DNA of 63,243 nucleotides, filler included, from Hyphochytrium catenoides (Eukaryota > Protista > Hyphochytriomycota): the NCBI GenBank assembly GCA_900088475.1. It is 13 parts of 13 records of this genome, joined end to end, with 100 filler letters (N's around TTAATTAATTAA, not from the genome) between each part and the next. Parts side by side here need not be neighbours in the genome. Positions count along the whole stretch, not along the records: positions 35,225 to 36,906 come from FLMG01001639.1; positions 37,007 to 55,945 come from FLMG01000200.1; 11 more parts are not named here. One strand, 5' to 3'. Made by a program: the position numbers and the translations under genes. Shown here piece after piece: positions 35,571-49,000 of the stretch. Under the pieces are notes generated by a model. That model worked only from the letters and a program-made list of their open reading frames with translations. It was not told where the DNA came from and made no database searches. Each line of letters opens with the position of its first letter. The first letter of the stretch is position 1.

Positions 35571-37006
35571 AGACAGAGTAATAAAAGAGACATTATTGAG
35601 AAAGAGAGAGAGAGACAGAAAAAGGAGACAGAGAATGAAAGAGATATTAAGACAGAGAGACGAGAACGAAAGAGAGAGAGAGAGAGAGAGAGAGAATGGC
35701 AGGAGAGAAGAGAAGAGATGATAAACCCCCAGACGGAAGCAGAGATAAGATTTACCGAAAAATATAGGGGAGTGTCACGAGACAGAGTACGGCTACAAGC
35801 CAAAGTCAACAATCTTCAACGCCAATCTCAAGATTTCTTCCTCGTCATTTCCATTTTCAACCAAACCTTTTGAGGCCGAGAGGGGCAGCACCATCCAACC
35901 AGCTATATTCCGTATAGAACGTACAAACGTGAAGGTCTTTTTATAAGGATTGATATTTTATACGGAATAAAGACAGGCGCAGTAGCCATCACATCAAAGG
36001 CCGTATTCCGTCTCTCTCATTGGTCAATTCCAGCCAATCAGAGCTCTCAGCTGCCATCCCAAATTCGCTGCAGGGTGTTTTGGAATCGTAGAGGCCAAAG
36101 CGTCACACTAGAAGTCTGATGCAAATCGGACACAGGCCCAAGGCTTGCATTTCCTTCACTGTTGAGGTCTAGGAAACTCAAGAGTCTGCGTTTTGGAGTT
36201 TGTGGATTCTGTTGCATGTTCCTTTCCCCTTCGACTTGACTAGAGAACACGCATTGTGTGTGGCATGTTTTGGCCTTGCAGTTTCGTTGCCTTGAGTACA
36301 GTAGGAGTGATGATGTGATGATACATCCTCTTCATCTTATTAGAAATGAAAGGAGGGTTGGTAGTTTTGTATCCTTGCGTATGCGACACGCCAGAGCCTG
36401 CACGTCTTTTGCTGTTGTAGAAGTAGTGATTGTTCCGTGTTTCTTCTCACTGTTCTCTTTTATTGTGTTTTATACGTAGTTCTACTACTACGAACTAATG
36501 CGCTCTCCAACAAAGAGCCAGTGCTGATTAGAGCCAAAGCACAGGAAACTGTGTTCGCTGTACTCCAAACAGTGAAGGAAGAGGGAGAGAGGAATTGGTG
36601 TGGTCTGTAGCAGCTCAACTAATATCTTTCTTATTCTTCCATGGAAGGATTCAAGAAACATTCTTGTACGCTAGAATAAAGTATGGCTTTGGGAAGTTAT
36701 ATATCTTTCAAACGAATCTTTCCTTGTCCACCCAACAAACTGAAGATCAAGTAAAAACCTTAGATGTTTAGCCTGAGGTCGGGTGGGTAATAATGCCAAT
36801 TGATATTACACTCACATTTTTCTCTAAAGGCGGGTGGGATGCCACAATAGACCCTGCGAGGGTCCCTTTAGAAGGCGGGGCGGGGACGTTCTGACCAAGT
36901 TTCGCTNNNNNNNNNNNNNNNNNNNNNNNNNNNNNNNNNNNNNNNNNNNNTTAATTAATTAANNNNNNNNNNNNNNNNNNNNNNNNNNNNNNNNNNNNNN
37001 NNNNNN

Positions 37007-40000
37007 AGCTCTTAAAGACGAGAAAGAAGCAGAGCTGCGGGCTCTGGAGGAGACGCTGAGACAGAATAGAATTGATCCTCGGAGTGTAGACGTAGAGACA
37101 AAAGTGACAGATAAGCAGAAAGAGAGACAGACGAAGGTAGCAGACTTGACGGAAAGGGAAAACCTGAAGGCAGCAAAGAAGAGGCTGCTTGAACGCTCTG
37201 GAGAAGGAAAGCTGGTCTATACTGCGCAGGGTGAGAGGTTCCTGCAGGTGAGAGAAGAGCTTGCTCCCATCTGATAGTCTCCTTGCCCTTTGAGCTCTTC
37301 TTCCCGTATTCTCCCTACCTCTATCCCACCTGCCCCTCAAATTACTCGCGGCCTCTCTCTGACTCTGGCTGTCTGTCTCTTTCGCGCTCTCTCTCTCTCT
37401 CTCCCGTNNNNNNNNNNNNNNNNNNNNNNNNNNNNNNNNNNNNNNNNNNNNNNNNNNNNNNNNNTCTCTCTCTCTGTGTGTGTCTCCCACCCCCTCTCTC
37501 TCTCCCGCTCTCTCCCGTCTTCTCTCGGTCTTGCTCTCTCCTCTTTGCATACTAACCCTTGCTGCAACTACCTAGGTGTATATACCCACATTCTCCTTCG
37601 TCTGTCTTTTGCCTATCTTGTCGCTCCATATCCTCTCTCTCTCTGTGTCTATCCTGGCGTCTTCTTCTTCCTCTTCTTTCTTTCGTCGGCTTTTCTCTCA
37701 ACCTTAGCATCTAGTTCCTCGCCAGGTTGATAGTAGTTTTTGGTGCCTCTCTTCTCTTGGCGCTGTCACCTACCATGTTCTCAAGCTTGGGCCTAACTCT
37801 TGATCGTTTTGATCCCGTTGTGCTCATTGCTCTCCTTTCTGTCCCAGTCAATCTTCCGCCTCTGTGACGCAGATCGGGATGGCTTTCTATCTTTCTACGA
37901 GTTCCGCTCGTACCTAGGCCGGTCGGGTCTGCTGCGCCCTCTTTCTACTCTCTTTCAAGAGGAACACGCTCTCCTTCCTCTCCCTGCAGTCTTGGACGAA
38001 CCAGAGGTTTGGACTGCAGTCTTTCGCGAGAGAATCGGCGACGGACTAAGGCCCCAGGGCCTCAACTTTACGGGCTTTTGCTCGTTTAGACTTAGTCTTG
38101 AGGAGAAGTTTCCTTTGGAAGGTAAGAATCCAGACAACAAGGGAAGAGGAGAATAAGCGGTAGAGAGAAATGTGTCAGGTCGTTGCAGAGCGACAGCCAC
38201 TGAGAGATAGACAGGGTGAGAGAACGCAAGTTACGATTTGTATGCTAAGATTCTTCTCCTCTCCTCCTCCGTTGGTGGCATGTTCTGCTGGTCTCTTTCT
38301 CTTGGTGCCAAAGAGGATCTTCGCACTTTTGGTCTATGCTGGGAGGACGAAGAGCAGCATCTGTACGTTGAGCTGGCCAAGCAAGCGTTCAACAAACTTT
38401 CTGTTAGCCGGTCCGAGCAGATTCGTGCTCTTCAAGGCAACAGAGCGGGTTAGTGAGAAGGATGTTGGATCTCTTCCTCACGTATCTCCCAGGCATCCTA
38501 TCTAAGCTCTACCTACGCCTTTAAAGCTCCTTCCGTCCCTTAACTGTTCGATCAATCTGAGCGGTGCTTCCTCCCTTCTTTCCAGTTCCAAACATTGCAA
38601 CGCCGCCCTCTTCTGGTTTTTTCTTTTTCTGGGCATGCATATCTCTCTGACAGGTCCCTTCCTTTGCTATGGTGTCCCTCTGTGGAGTCCCTCTTGCGCC
38701 TCAATCACTGCCCTTCATCCTCATCAGACCTCCACTTCTCCCATGGACTTCTCAGGCGGAGACGAAGAAAACCCTTCCCACTACGTCGAGGAGCGTGTTC
38801 TTCTTGAAGATTTTCAGCTGCTACTTTGCGAAGCTGGGCGGTTGCATGTCCCTCGATATGTCTTGGACACGGAACTGGAGCTGCAGACGCACTGGCTAAG
38901 GCTTATGGGGGACGTCCGGCGAAGCACCAAGAGAAGGAGACTGGGGATTGTACAGAGCACCGGAGTGAAAGAAGGAGAACTCCATCTTTTCATCTTCCGA
39001 CAATTCTTTCTCGCCTATTGGTTATCGGGCCGACCGGCCTGGTTGAGGTCTCTGCAGCCGGACTACACCTCTGCAGTTGGGGAGACCGAGGACAACCCTA
39101 GCAGTAGCTCAGCAGGGGCCCTCAAAAAGGGCAATGGATGGGCTCTCCGCCTTTTACAATGGAAGCTCTGGATGAAGTCTCGGCTGCTAGAAGCCAAAGA
39201 AGGTGCCGGAAGACTACTGACTGCTTTGGAAGCTGCCGGACAATTCGGATTGATTGGAGGGTTTGGAAAAGAGGTGATAGCACTTCTGGTTCGCGGCCAG
39301 TCCAATATCTGCTTCAGAACCTGCTTGGGTTCTAGACGTAGGCGTTCCTTATATTTCGCCTATCCGCCGTCACTTTGCCTGGTGTTCATATGCCAGCTGC
39401 CTTCGATTGGCCCTGTCGCGTTCATCTCACTCTGGTGTATCGAGACTGTCTTCCTTAAGTCTCTCCTTTTGTTAACTCTTACCTCCTGCATGTAACTCGC
39501 TAACTCTTTTTCTCTCTCTGGTCCCGTCACTCTTTCAACCACCATTGCCCGGATCCATTCTTCTCCTGGCTCTCTGTTACCTCTCCTCAGGTCCAAGAGC
39601 AAGCTCAGTATAACCTGAAGCTTAACGTTGGCAAGCCCTCGGCCTTGTCCTCTCTCCGAATGGACGTAACACTTACCAGTAGCACAGCCACTCCTCAGGA
39701 GAAGCTGGCCGCCCCAGGACTCGAGCCCGTGCCTAAAAAGGTTGGCGGGTGTCTGTTCATAGACTGGCTGATGAGGCCTGGGCTAAGCCAGGAGGTTAGT
39801 GGTTGGCCTCTTTTATGAGGCATCCTTCATGCTTCCTTGTTGTCTGCATTCTCACTCCTGTTACACCTATCTCTGATCTGGTCTTGTGGGCCTTACGGCT
39901 TTGCATATGCTATGTCTCGTTGCCGTCTCTATCTTTCGTGTGTGCCATGCTTTGGTCAAGTCTATCTCGTCGCCCTTTGCATACATTCCCAGATAGCCTT

Positions 40001-41595
40001 CCTTTCTAGTCAATTATTTCTTTGAGCTCATTTCTGGAAGGGTCTCTCCTCCCTGTGCACATTCTCCCGGGAAACTCTTCATATCTATAAATATTGCTAT
40101 ACAGCTCACCCTGGTACCCTGCTGTTGTTCTTCTGTCATTCTGCTCAACGGCTTGGTGGCGTGGGCAACCAACGCCAACCACAGGATACGTCATCCCTAG
40201 CCTCCTCACTTTCCTCCTTGGTGAGCCGTCATCTAGGACCCACTCTCGCCCTACTCCCTGCCATACGGAGCTGGCAGGTCCTTCCCGTCCCTCAAGGCTT
40301 GAGTGACCCTCCAATACTCCGCATTGCGGTAGTCTTCGGGCGACAATTGGACCCTGAGGGTTTGAGGCAAAAGCTTAACTTTCCGCAGACAATAGGCCTG
40401 GAGGATATCGTCTCGAAGTTCAAGGCTACCATTGAGGTAGCTAACAGCCACTTTCCTCTTCGGTTGTCATCATCCAGCCTCCTGGGCTGCTATCTCTCCT
40501 TTTAAGTTCCCCTTCCTGACCTCAGTCGGGGCACACTGCCTTGATAAAATCCCTTAGATGTCAGCCTATCTTGCTGAACTCTTCCCCTTTGGCGTTTATC
40601 CCCTATTTCTTCTTGAGCCAAGCCTCCTTCGTCTTTGGCTCACCTTAATCACTTCTCGTAGATGAGTCCTTCCTTGGAGGATCTGCTCTTTGACGAGAAG
40701 ATTGTCTTCGGGGAACAAGCCTGGCTGAATGTCGGGATTTCCTCACACTTCAACAGGATTTTGGTCCAAGACCTCTTAAGAAGTCTGATGTCCGCCTTTT
40801 CCCAGTCTGCGACGGGTACTGATGCAAAGACCAGTTGTCAGAGGAAGCAAAGCGGGGGCCTTAGCTCCATCTTACACGCTTTAACTGCTATCTTGAAGCG
40901 GATGACCTCTATCTCCGGTCATTGGGAGTACCCTAGTATCTCTCTCCTCTTGAATTCATCTCCCCTCATTAGAGAAGTCATTCGCTCACTTTGGGGTGAG
41001 GAAGGGCTCGCCACAGTTGTGGATGCACTGACAAAAAGAGGCTGTGTCTCTTTACTTTTGAAGAAAAAGCAGCAAGAAGCGAACAGAGAGCTGCAGAGTG
41101 TTCGACAACTTATCATAAGATGGAAGAAGGAGGTGGAGGAAAGAGAAAAGAAGATCCCCAAAGAATCAGAATATGAAAAACAGCTTAAGATTATGAGAGA
41201 GCGCTTTAAAACGGAAACTTCGAAAAAGAGAGGACCCAGCGAAAGAGAGCAAGCGCAAGCTCGTGTGAGGGCAAAGGTAAAGGCTGCACACCTCCCGTCT
41301 TCCAACTCATTCCGTAGTCTGCCGGGTCCAAACGAGCCAAGGTCTACTGAGCGTTTGGGTCTATTTTGACTTTATTCTGTCCTGGCCTTTCCTTTGTCTG
41401 ATCGTCTGATTGTAGATGACTATCGGGGAGCGCGAGAGGGAGAGGGGCCTGCCTACGTTATCTGATGCCGTCACCCGCTATGACGAGTTGAGGAAGGGAC
41501 TACTTGGCTTCAGAGGGGCCAAGTTGCTTCTAGGAATGACCCAGCTGGAGGTATCGTGCCAGGGATTCGACTTCTTCGAACTCTTGCCAAAGTGA
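37007..41595 (+). CDS. Large multi-exon EF-hand-containing protein of unknown function, 5'-truncated
   Basis: Exon 37007-37247 splices to SIFRLCDADRDGFLSFYEF (canonical EF loop DADRDGFLSFYE). Further GT-AG exons correspond to ORFs 38635.., 40125.. and 40662..; ends ...GFDFFELLPK* at 41595. Confidence 0.7.
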
Positions 41596-42258
41596 GACAA
41601 GAGACCCTCCTTTCACCAGCCAGGGGGATGACAGAGAAAGGACAATGAGTGACTTCCTGAAGAATCCTGAGGTGGGGCCGCCTCTTCTGGACAAAGTCGA
41701 CATGGCATGGCAGCACATGTATGACATAGATTGAGGCTTTCTTACTTAGCACTTATTTGGATCAGTATAAAGAAGCGCGAAGACCAAGCAACCCGCAAGG
41801 AGTACCCGCTGTGCGACGTTTAGTCATTCAATTTGGATAGGGAACATATCTCTACCATGGCTTTAGCGTGCCCAGGTGGAAGAAGACATTACATAGGGAA
41901 GTTTAGGGCCTAGTAGTGTGACCACGGGTAGAGGTATTCCCGACTCTGTCGCCGAGATATCCTAGGAGGGTGATCTTACCACGGGAGCCAAGAAGCTCTA
42001 GATAGCGAGTCAAGCGATTTATTCAACCACAAGAGTTGTAGGCGACACGCAGAAATAGAGCAAACTGAGGGAGGACATCTCATACAACCTTCGGTGCGAG
42101 CTCTTGGACTCATAAAGTTATGAAAGGCATGATCCATTATAAGCAGTTGGGAAAAGAGTGGCGAAGACGAAGGGGTAGACAAGAGATAAGAGGAAGAGAA
42201 GGAATGCTTTGATTCATACTGTCACAGGTGGCGCAATAACTTAGTAAAGTGTGACGAG

Positions 42259-45200
42259 TCACTTCTCTTCTTTCCTGCTCGTTTCTCTGACCTTGGCCTT
42301 ACTGGCCTTTTGATCACTTCTGTTCAATAAATTGGAGAAGAAGCTTGCCAGATCATTTTCATTGACCTCCTACCGAGAGCAAAGCAGACAGGAGGAGATT
42401 AGATTAGAAAGATAAAGCCGTGAGGACAGAAAACCTTAATGAGAAGGTGGGGCGCACCTTAGTTCCTGGCATCCGTAGCGCAGGCTTGGCTGTCTCACTA
42501 GACGCTCCTGCTCCTTCCTAAAAGAGCTTGCATTAGGAACCCACGTTTGTTCAAAGGAAGAGTTCTACCTGACTGTTAATCCCTCTTCTTTGCCCAACAT
42601 CCTTTCAGAATTTACCTTACGAACAAGTGTAGCTGCAGTCTTCGGCGCAGCCTTTATGACTGGCACGCTGGGCCTGTCTTGCGCCTTGTGACTCTCCAAA
42701 TATTGGACTGGGCAGAGAAGGTTAGCCAAACATTCAGTGGGTCCACTTACTATCTTCAAAGGTCACTGAGGTCCATCCTGCCAAATATGCCGATAGTGTC
42801 GTCCGCGGAAGTGCACGCTTTAGGTTCAACTTACCCCCGCCGTCCTCAGCTAGCTTGTCAAGGAAAGCTTGCTCATCATCCACTGTGATCTCGGGCTTCA
42901 AATCAAACTCCTATGCGAAAGGCAGAGGAGAGGTTTGAAAGGGTAAGAAAGAAAAAAAAGAACCAAGCATAAAATGAACAGAAGGAAACGTTAGGCAACG
43001 TAGGCAATGCTATATGGCCCCAGTTCTTACCGTTCTTTCCTCAGCTGCGGGTCTAGGTAGGAGTCGCTGGTAGCTTTCGTCGTCTTCCCAGTCAGACTGC
43101 ACAGCATGGTAAAGGCAGGGATAGCACAAGCCAAACAAAGAGAGCTTAGCTCTGGGATCTCTTTCCCAATCAGCCAAAGCTGTACTCACTAGGTTGACAA
43201 AGCTCTTTTCAATGAGGTCTCTGCTGTCATAACCTGACGGAATTCTAATCGAGTGACGCTCGATGAGCTGAGAGCAGCAGACAACAGGTAATCAGACGGT
43301 AACACATTGACCGATACTCATGTCAGTTGCCGCCGTAGTATCAGAGAAGCAAGTCTTATTTCGACTCCCAGTAGGACGTGATTGGAGACAAGGGCTTGAG
43401 AGGGGGCTTTACAGAATCAGCAAGACAGAATGTCATGTCTGAAAAAGAATGTCGGCGTGATGTAGGAACAAAGGATGACGTAGCTCGCACCTGAGGCTTG
43501 TGATTGAAAGGGATCAATGATCGGTACAGCCGGTGCACAATATACTTCTGCAGCTCACCACAGTTTGTATCAGACCTTGCGGAGGTGTAGAAGAGGGCAG
43601 CACCATCTGAAAAAAGCGACGAAATGAACACACGAAGGGATGGAGCAAAGAAGGAATTAGTTCAGCTAAGCCAAGGTAACATTGTTGAACTCACATCGTA
43701 AACATAATTTTCGAAGTCTGGCCTGGATGACATCGAGCTGGGTGTCGCTTAACGCCTGATACTGTTCAAGAATAGCATAAGTCAAACATCAGGTTACAGG
43801 TGCAACATAAGCGAGAGCCTGGGGGTGCAAATCAAAGCAAACTTCAAGGAGCCATACGGAATGTTGGTCTTCCTACCGCTGGTGAGTCGAGCTTGCAGCC
43901 CACGACTACGATCCCTACGCCTAGATTCTTCGTCAAGACCTCTTCAGGTAGAGGAAGCTCCACTTGATTCGCGCCCTGACCCATCAACATATTGTGGATG
44001 AGAGTCAAAAAGGGAAAGCTTAGCACATGACTCCAGAGGGATGGACGCCCAGAGCGATAGTTTATCGTACCTCTTCGAAAGTCTGAGATCTCTTCCTACT
44101 CTGGTCATCCTAGAAACATTACATATAGTGAGCTCAAACTCGCTTAACAGTATATACAGCTGCATGTGCGCCCCACCAGAGAGAGAAAGCCGACCAAATA
44201 CATGGCTCACGTCAGACCGAGATGGGTAGAACGATGGAGGAGAAGAAGAAAAGGACGAGCGCAAGACTGGAAGGTAGGTCAACAAAGTCCTACCGAAGGC
44301 TCGTGATAGGTTGCGATAACTCTCTTTACGTTCTCCTTCAAACGCTTCTGGTCGGCAGGGGAGAGGGAAGAAAGAGACTCCCCTACCGCTTCCTCAACGG
44401 CTGCCATCCACTGCCAGACCATAATCGGTAAATATCGGTACGTGTATGGGATGACAGGAGAGGACAAGGAGAAGCAGACCCATGACTTCGGCGTCAGAAG
44501 GTGCAACAGACTTTCGTAGCTACCTAGAGAAGCAGAAAGATGTAGAGATAATGAAGCTATGCGTACCTCAGCGAATGACTCAACAAGGCTCCAGGGTTTA
44601 GAGAAGTCCAAGCAGATCATCACTACCGTCTGTCAGTAGCAAGCAAGATATTAGCGACGAAGACAGTCATTGCTTGCTATTGGGCGCCGCCTCTTTCTGC
44701 TAGCTTCTCTTTCATACCCGGTCTAACCGCTGAGGTGAAAAGGCAAACTTCAGGAGCTTCTTTTGTCCAGTGTCTCCCAATGCCCACACACTAATCTTTG
44801 GGGCCGTCTGCAAGCCTAGCAGAGGCATGCATAGACAAGGTATAAGATAATTGAAAGCCTGAGAGATGAGAAGTGACCTTACTCTCTAGGTCGATGTCTT
44901 TCTCCTCTGGATCAATGCCCTCCAGATAGGTATGGGACAGTGCATAGCCGCCAAAGTCCTGACCGCCCCAGAGTGTATCTTCATCTATACTACCACCTGA
45001 GCGCTCGATCAGGCTCTTAGTAGTTGCCTGAAATCTCTTGACCAGCATGCTCTTTCCGCATCCGCGGTCTCCTACGCCATGCCGGTCAAGAGTCGAGAAC
45101 AGAACATTCAAGTTGTTTTAGGAGGCATGAAGACATAAGTGCAAGAGAGGGAGTTAGCTGAAGAACTTCAAGAATAACTGAGAATAAATGGAGAGATCAA

Positions 45201-45341
45201 GCAAAAGAGCAGAATGCCCTCACCCAGGACCACAAGGGTGGAATCTCCTGCCTTCTTGTCTCTTGAACATTCTGCCAGAAGGTCTTCCCATAAATTTTTG
45301 CCTTTGCTATGGCCTTGATCAGCGTCAGGGACTTCAAGCAT
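42259..45341 (-). CDS. DYNC1LI: Cytoplasmic dynein 1 light intermediate chain, multi-exon
   Basis: NLWEDLL, P-loop LVVL|GDRGCGKSML, MICLDFSKPWSL, LPLPEEVLTKNLGVGIVVVGCKLD, IQARLRKLCLR|YGAALFYTS, RIPSGYDS, EQAFL and C-terminal NDLASFFSNLL. Confidence 0.9.
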
Positions 45342-46046
45342 TGGTCTTCTTGGGCTGGCGGGTTGACCGCAATGGTGTCAGCCTCTCTTAGCGGACTTGA
45401 GAACGATCAAGGGCTGAAGCGAACGCAAGGTGTCAAGGAGACCGACCTTTACCGATATAGGAGGATAATAGCCCCTTGATCAGTGCCCACAATGAAAGAG
45501 AGGTAGGCCTGCCTACAATCAGTAGGCGCTACGAGCTCAGTGGCTGTCCGTGTGTTCAGAGCCCAGATGTCGGGGAAGATCAGGTCTGGAAGCTGAAGAT
45601 GGGAGTTGAAGATTTATGGCAAAAATCAACAGCAAACTCTACTTTAGCGCAGACTGACAAGGCTCAGCTACCACAAAGAGAAACCTATCCTAGGTATTGT
45701 TGTGTTGAAATATTTCATGCTAACCAGTCTTTCTTTCTCTCAGGTCATTCTTTCCTGAATGTTTGCACTGAAGTATTTATAATCTCAGCTGCTGACCGAA
45801 GATTTTTCTCTCACAGATTTTCTCTTGCAGAAGATGCAGATTCCAGGAGCACAAGCCAGGCGGAGCAGCGCTAAGCGGGAGACTGATAGTTTGTTCCTTG
45901 CCGTCTGTCCAAGTGATTTCTTGCTCCCAACGTGAGAGGGCACGTCCTTGCCCAGGGAGCAGTTAAAGAGTGCAGCACGGCGTNNNNNNNNNNNNNNNNN
46001 NNNNNNNNNNNNNNNNNNNNNNNNNNNNNNNNNNNNNNNNCCACTG

Positions 46047-49000
46047 ATGAAGTTGCTGGAGTCCTCAAGAGCCTCAGGTGCTGGACACAGTCCACGTGGA
46101 GGCTATGAAGGAGGTAGAGAACAGAATCTTTTAATGGATTGCCTGTCTTCATTCTAAGCTTCTCCTCTTGGTCACGGACTAATTTGACAGATGGCAACGG
46201 CAGAGCTCCAGAACCATCGCCATCTAAACCTCTCTCCTCACCCCCAGGGATCATTGAAATGTCCCCGGGTATCGCCACTCCCTCCGTGGGCCATCGTCCG
46301 TCTTTCGCGCCTCCTCCAGGGCCTCCTCCTCCTTCCCCTGCACCAGGACAGGCTGCTACTCCCCATTCACTAGCACAACTGTTCGCTCAATTCTCTCAGC
46401 AAGCGAACCAGGCTGCCGAGCGATCACCATCCCCACCATCCCCAGTTCCTCCTACATCGTCAGGGACAGCTGTCACATCGGGGAGTGGCCCATCTTCTGT
46501 TCAGACAGAGAACAGGGCGTCATTCACAGATGCAAGGTCCCAGGATACTGCCCGGTAAGCTCTACTCTCACCACAACTTCTACGAAAGCAAGCGATAGTG
46601 ACGTTCTTACTCCCTTCTGGGGTGGGTGTAGGGAGAGACCAGGGACAGAGATTCATGGCCGGTACACGGTCTACGACCAGAGGCTGGATGGCGACGGAAA
46701 CTCTCGCCCGTTGCAAGTGAGCCCAATCACATTGTATAAGAGTGAGAACGACGGCCGCATTATCGCGGTGAACGACAACTTCATCTGCTATACCATCCGA
46801 GGAGCTCTGCTGCGGGTCATTAACCTTCACACTGCTGACCGCCTGCTCCTCCAAGGCCATCAGGAGCGAGTCATTGATATGGCGGTGAGGTCTATTACCG
46901 TCTTCTACGCTGGTCATTGCGCCTCGTACTCTTCTCTACTTCGGCTTATGTCTCGGTCTCTCTTACAGTCATGGCAATGTCAGTTCTCAATGCAGCTTGA
47001 TGGGGATGCCTTCCTGCAGCGTCCTTGGTTGCTTTGGCGCCTTCGTGTTGTCTCCTTCTCTCATCAGACCATAGGTTCTCCTACCACTTCTTCTCAATCT
47101 TGGCTCAGGACTCATTCTAAGACGACATGTTCCCTCTGATATCTGTCAGTTTGTTAGCCGGGAGGTGGATATCTTAGCCAGTTTGGACGCGAAGGGCACT
47201 GTTATAGTGTGGAAGATCGTCGCGAGGGAGGAGAACAATCTTGATTTTGAGCTCATCAAGTCCTTTTCGCCTCCAGCACAACGAATTCTTTGGAATCCAA
47301 AGAACAAGAATATATGTAAGCCCATTGTAGTTCTATCTTGGGAGACGATAGAGAGAGGGAGACAGAGTGGAAGAAGAAGGAGGATTTGCGGGAACCGAAA
47401 AGGTCTAGAATCAGGTGACCTAGGCAGCGACTCTTTTAAGGCCGGAGAGGCTTAACTAGCTGGGAGTTTGAAAGAGAGATGGTTGATATCAACGCTAGGT
47501 ATGGCGTCACGGCTGCTAGACAAGAAGGCGCAAGGACTAGTTTGATGAGGACAATTGCATGTAGGCTCCTGACGCGTCTGTCCTTCTCCCTCTCTGGCCC
47601 ATCTTGTACCGCCTTTGATCATTCAGTGGCGGTCGTGCGGGGTAGCACGGTAGGCATTGTGGATCTGGAGAGAGTGGAGAACGAGCCACGCACCCAGCAG
47701 ATCGACTACATTGCACTGTACTCTGGACACTCGGGCGCCATTATCGACTTTTGCTTCTCTCCCTCCGGAGAGCATTTGGCCACGGCCTCTGCAGATGGCA
47801 CCGTCCGACTCTGGCACTCTGTGCCTACTAGCAGTACGGCTACAGTGCACATAACGGAAAGTGTTCGTGCCTTTGAGCCCTTTGGTGGCCGACCTGTGGA
47901 CTCTGTCTTCTTCCTTGGGGTAAAGCAAGGCGGAAAGGACTTGGGGCTGCTGACCGGTGCGTGACCACTTTGGGCCACGGCTAGCTTTCTGTCTATGACC
48001 ATAGCGTCTCACTTGCTAGCATGCGATACTATCTCTGGTCCCTCCTTCGCCTAATCATTTTATTGATTTGTACTGCACGCCTGTCACTGAAACTGTTTCA
48101 TTTCTTGACAGGCGGGGACAATAACACGGAGTTGCGGATCTGGCCGGCGCCATTGCAGTCTGGGCCTGATGGACCCACTTGTGTGCAGACATTGAAGATT
48201 AGGAGAAGAGAGGGAGGAGGGAAGAACTTCATAGTTGCGGATGTCACTCGGACCTACTTTTTCCTTTCCAATACTCAAGGGAAGGTGCTATTCGTAGCCC
48301 ACATTGCGGTATGTTCCTTTCTGAAGACCTACTAGCCAAGTGTGGTTGCTTGCCCTCTGTCTTCTTCTCCTCTCTAGATGACAGAGTTGTAATTTCCATT
48401 GTCACTGTTTCGTCAACTCTTTCATCTTGAACATCTTTGTGTTCATTCAGCTGCGTCCTCACGCCTGGATCACATTATTCTCAGGCTGCTGGAGAAAGCG
48501 ATGACGAGTACCGCTTTGATAACATCACAGAGTTCACGCTTGTCGAGCCAGTCTTATCTTCCTTTGTCCTGAATGGTAAGCTGCCTCTCTCTCCTAACAT
48601 CCGGTTACCCTTTCAATTTGTACCTTTCTTTCTCGACGATATCTGTCTTGTGCTTGTCTCGACTATATCTGTCTTGTGCTACTTGTGCCATCCTAGCTAA
48701 TGGATTTGTTTGGTTCGCCTGACACTTTCTTTTCAAACTTTAATGTCTCTCAGAGACGATTCAAAGCCAGGAGGGCTCCCCGCCTCCTCTTTCTGGGGAC
48801 TTTCAGATGGACTACTATTGCGTGCAGACTTCTGCCGTTCAACGCTACCAGCTCGTTGCCTCTCAAGCCTATCTTCCTCCGGCCCCATCCGCTCCAGAGA
48901 AAGGAGAAAGGAGGGCCTCGACACCCTCCCGCTCTACTCCTCCTCTCTCTTCTCCTGCCTCTACCGCACAAGTTCGTTCGCCTTCGGGTTCTCCTACCGC

